A stretch of DNA of 64,000 nucleotides from an uncultured Methanolobus sp. (lineage in GTDB: Archaea > Halobacteriota > Methanosarcinia > Methanosarcinales > Methanosarcinaceae): NCBI GenBank assembly GCA_963675495.1, contig OY776215.1, forward strand, positions 1,152,001 to 1,216,000. Reading direction: 5' to 3'. The position numbers were made by a program, and so were the translations under genes. Positions 61,884 through 64,000 of the stretch are shown here, in pieces; position 1 is the first letter of the stretch; each line of letters opens with the position of its first letter. The notes below the pieces were generated by a model that had not been told where the DNA came from, made no database searches, and saw only the letters and a program-made list of their open reading frames with translations.

Positions 61884-64000
61884 TTATTGATTCCGTCTGT
61901 AGCGTTTACCATCATGATTCCCTATTTGCTTACGCAATTTGTCATAGTAACCCCTGTTCCTGTAACCGAATACTCCGATAATCATTAGACCTGGAGGTAC
62001 AAGTACAAGTATAATCAGAAATACTGATCTGCTTTCCTGGGACGCCCCTGTTGTAGACTCAACTGAACCAGAATCATCGGTTGAAGTTGACATAAATGTA
62101 GATTCATCATCTGTAGAAACAGGTGTAACGTCCTCAGAAATGTATGCGCCCGTGGTCATTGGCTTTATGCTTGAAATAGCAAATGAGGAGAATCCGGGAG
62201 TTGTTGAAGTGAAATAGAAATAAGAATCATCATCATCTTTTATTTCAGTAGGCAACTGCTCCCAGCTGTCATCTGAATATCTGCAAAGTGTGATCGTTGA
62301 AACATCGACTTCATTATCATCGAGCCATTTCTTATCCACTTTAAACTCTACCTTTGCATTATTAATAGTAGCTTCAGTGAGTTTTTTGTCATCGAGCAGT
62401 ATATTCATATTCTTGTAAACCTGACCCGGTGCTCTGGAATCTACCTGTGAGGAAGTATCCTTCAACACTTCAACAACTGATTTAACCTGTCCGGCATTAA
62501 GAACTGAGGTTATACTCACTGAAACAATACTGTTGTTCTTACCATAGAAAGCAAAAACTGTATCAGTATCTTTTACAACTGATTTGAGGACATAATCCTT
62601 AAAATCGATGTTCTCAAACTCTTCACCCGTACCTGCGGAACCGCCGCCGCCTCCACCGCCTCCACCTGAACTGGAAATAGTTGAACTACTTGAAGAAGTA
62701 GCACTTACTGTAATATCAACTGTTTCAGTGACATTGAGTTCATTGTCACTTACCTTGAATATCACAGAATATGTCCCTGCGTCACCAACTGAAGGAGTCC
62801 AACTGAAAACACCTGTCAACTCATCCAGTACTGAATTTTCAGGTAAATTTTGAGCTGAGTAGGCAAGAACATCTCCATCCACATCAGTTGCAATGAGATT
62901 GAACTCAAGTTTGTGTGCTTCCTCAACACTTTTACTACCTATCGAAGATAACTCAGGAGGAGCATTTGTATCACTGACAATTACAGTTACAACTGCGAAA
63001 TCACTAAGTTCGCCATCTGTAGCTGTGAAATTTATGTTATAGGTGCCGTTCGAAGTCTGGTTTGCAGTGTATCCAGGTGTCCAGATGAACTCATTGCCAC
63101 TTATTGAACCAAATGAGACATTGGAAAGGAATGTTAGCGAATCTTCATTATCAGGATCTATACAATTGAGTATGATAGTCAATTCCTCACCCTCATTTGC
63201 ATTGTAAACAGGCATTTGCCCAAATGAAGGAGGTCTGTTGACATTGATTACTTCAATCGTCATTTGTTCCAGATCTTCAAAGACACCATCGTATGCACGG
63301 AAAGTAATGGTATAGATACCACTTTGTTCGTAATCTGGTGTCCAGGAAAACTCACCTGTGGTCGGATCTAAGGTTGCACCAAATGGAAGGTCTGATGCAG
63401 TATACTCAATTGGGTCATAATCAGGAGATGATGCATTCAGGGTAAAGTCAAGAGTTTCAGACTCATTGACCAACTGATTATCAATAGGTTCAAGCACAGG
63501 CATAAGGTTTGTATTACCCACCCCAATTGTAACGATGTCGTAATCCCACATAGAACCGTCTGTAACACTAAATTCTATTTGATGGAAACCTTTATCGTCA
63601 TAATCAGGAGTCCAGCTGAAAACATTGCCCGAAATATTTCCATATGGTACGTCCTTGAAATAAGCAAGAGCATCGCCATCAGGATCGTTTGCATTTAGAA
63701 CCAACGAAAATGGAATACCCTCTTCTGTTATTTCATCAGAAAGTGAAGTGAAAACAGGTGCTCTGTTGGTGTTTGCAACCACGATCGTAACAATTGCCGA
63801 ATCTACCAAGTAACCATCAGATACTGTAAATTCAACGTAATGTGTTCCTGAATCAGTGAAATTAGGAATCCATGTGAACGTATCGTCTGAGATGGCACCA
63901 AATGATACATTGTCAAAGTATGTGAGAAAATCATCATCTGGATCAAATGCGCTGATATCAAGAATCAATGTATCGTTCTCTGCAACGTTCACAGTTTCAA
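61884..64000 (-). CDS. Cell-surface protein with Ig-like repeats and PGF-pre-PGF domain, 3' part (start lies beyond window end)
   Basis: At least 5 repeats, poly-Gly linker, TPGFSSFAI, TM, basic tail; begins mid-repeat with no signal peptide. Confidence 0.9.
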   Translation of the reverse strand, partial: ETVNVAENDTLILDISAFDPDDDFLTYFDNVSFGAISDDTFTWIPNFTDSGTHYVEFTVSDGYLVDSAIVTIVVANTNRAPVFTSLSDEITEEGIPFSLVLNANDPDGDALAYFKDVPYGNISGNVFSWTPDYDDKGFHQIEFSVTDGSMWDYDIVTIGVGNTNLMPVLEPIDNQLVNESETLDFTLNASSPDYDPIEYTASDLPFGATLDPTTGEFSWTPDYEQSGIYTITFRAYDGVFEDLEQMTIEVINVNRPPSFGQMPVYNANEGEELTIILNCIDPDNEDSLTFLSNVSFGSISGNEFIWTPGYTANQTSNGTYNINFTATDGELSDFAVVTVIVSDTNAPPELSSIGSKSVEEAHKLEFNLIATDVDGDVLAYSAQNLPENSVLDELTGVFSWTPSVGDAGTYSVIFKVSDNELNVTETVDITVSATSSSSSTISSSGGGGGGGGGSAGTGEEFENIDFKDYVLKSVVKDTDTVFAFYGKNNSIVSVSITSVLNAGQVKSVVEVLKDTSSQVDSRAPGQVYKNMNILLDDKKLTEATINNAKVEFKVDKKWLDDNEVDVSTITLCRYSDDSWEQLPTEIKDDDDSYFYFTSTTPGFSSFAISSIKPMTTGAYISEDVTPVSTDDESTFMSTSTDDSGSVESTTGASQESRSVFLIILVLVPPGLMIIGVFGYRNRGYYDKLRKQIGNHDGKRYRRNQ

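Noticed and set aside
62638-62670. CCG/CCA/CCT runs (also near 59900) as phase-variable microsatellites
   Set aside because: They encode the ordinary poly-Gly linker preceding PGF-pre-PGF domains, using mixed codons

Overview
Chromosomal window of a methanogenic archaeon of the Methanosarcinaceae, most Methanolobus-like (inferred from protein sequences, archaeal r-proteins, and MEDS/PocR kinases). It contains the large L3-to-L30 ribosomal protein operon with rnp1 (1-10680, minus strand), galU, iorAB, proAB, cca, an OGG1-type glycosylase, an ADP-PFK/ADP-GK pair, argC-CBS-argJ, an arsC-arsC-acr3 cluster, two multi-sensor histidine kinases, pgk, an acetate-activation cluster (acs, acdAB, DRTGG protein) and three tandem Ig/cadherin-repeat PGF-pre-PGF surface proteins. 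No tRNA, rRNA, CRISPR array or transposase was recognised. The standout is an uncharacterised four-gene operon (12265-14709). Three of its genes share a helix-plus-beta-strand domain that looks DUF2589/Trypco-like by eye. One of these has a long Ser/Thr/Tyr-rich hairpin with a hydrophobic tip, and one is fused to a coiled coil and two PASTA domains, in a lineage with no peptidoglycan. The fourth gene encodes a small I9-propeptide-like protein. The operon is a candidate multi-subunit pore or polymer system. Other leads are an in-frame amber junction between ADP-PFK and ADP-GK, an orphan promoter-to-terminator unit (candidate sRNA), a ~365-nt structured rpl3 leader, a shared C-terminal motif on surface proteins and a likely ATT start codon. 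All family assignments come from motif recognition by eye; no searches were run.
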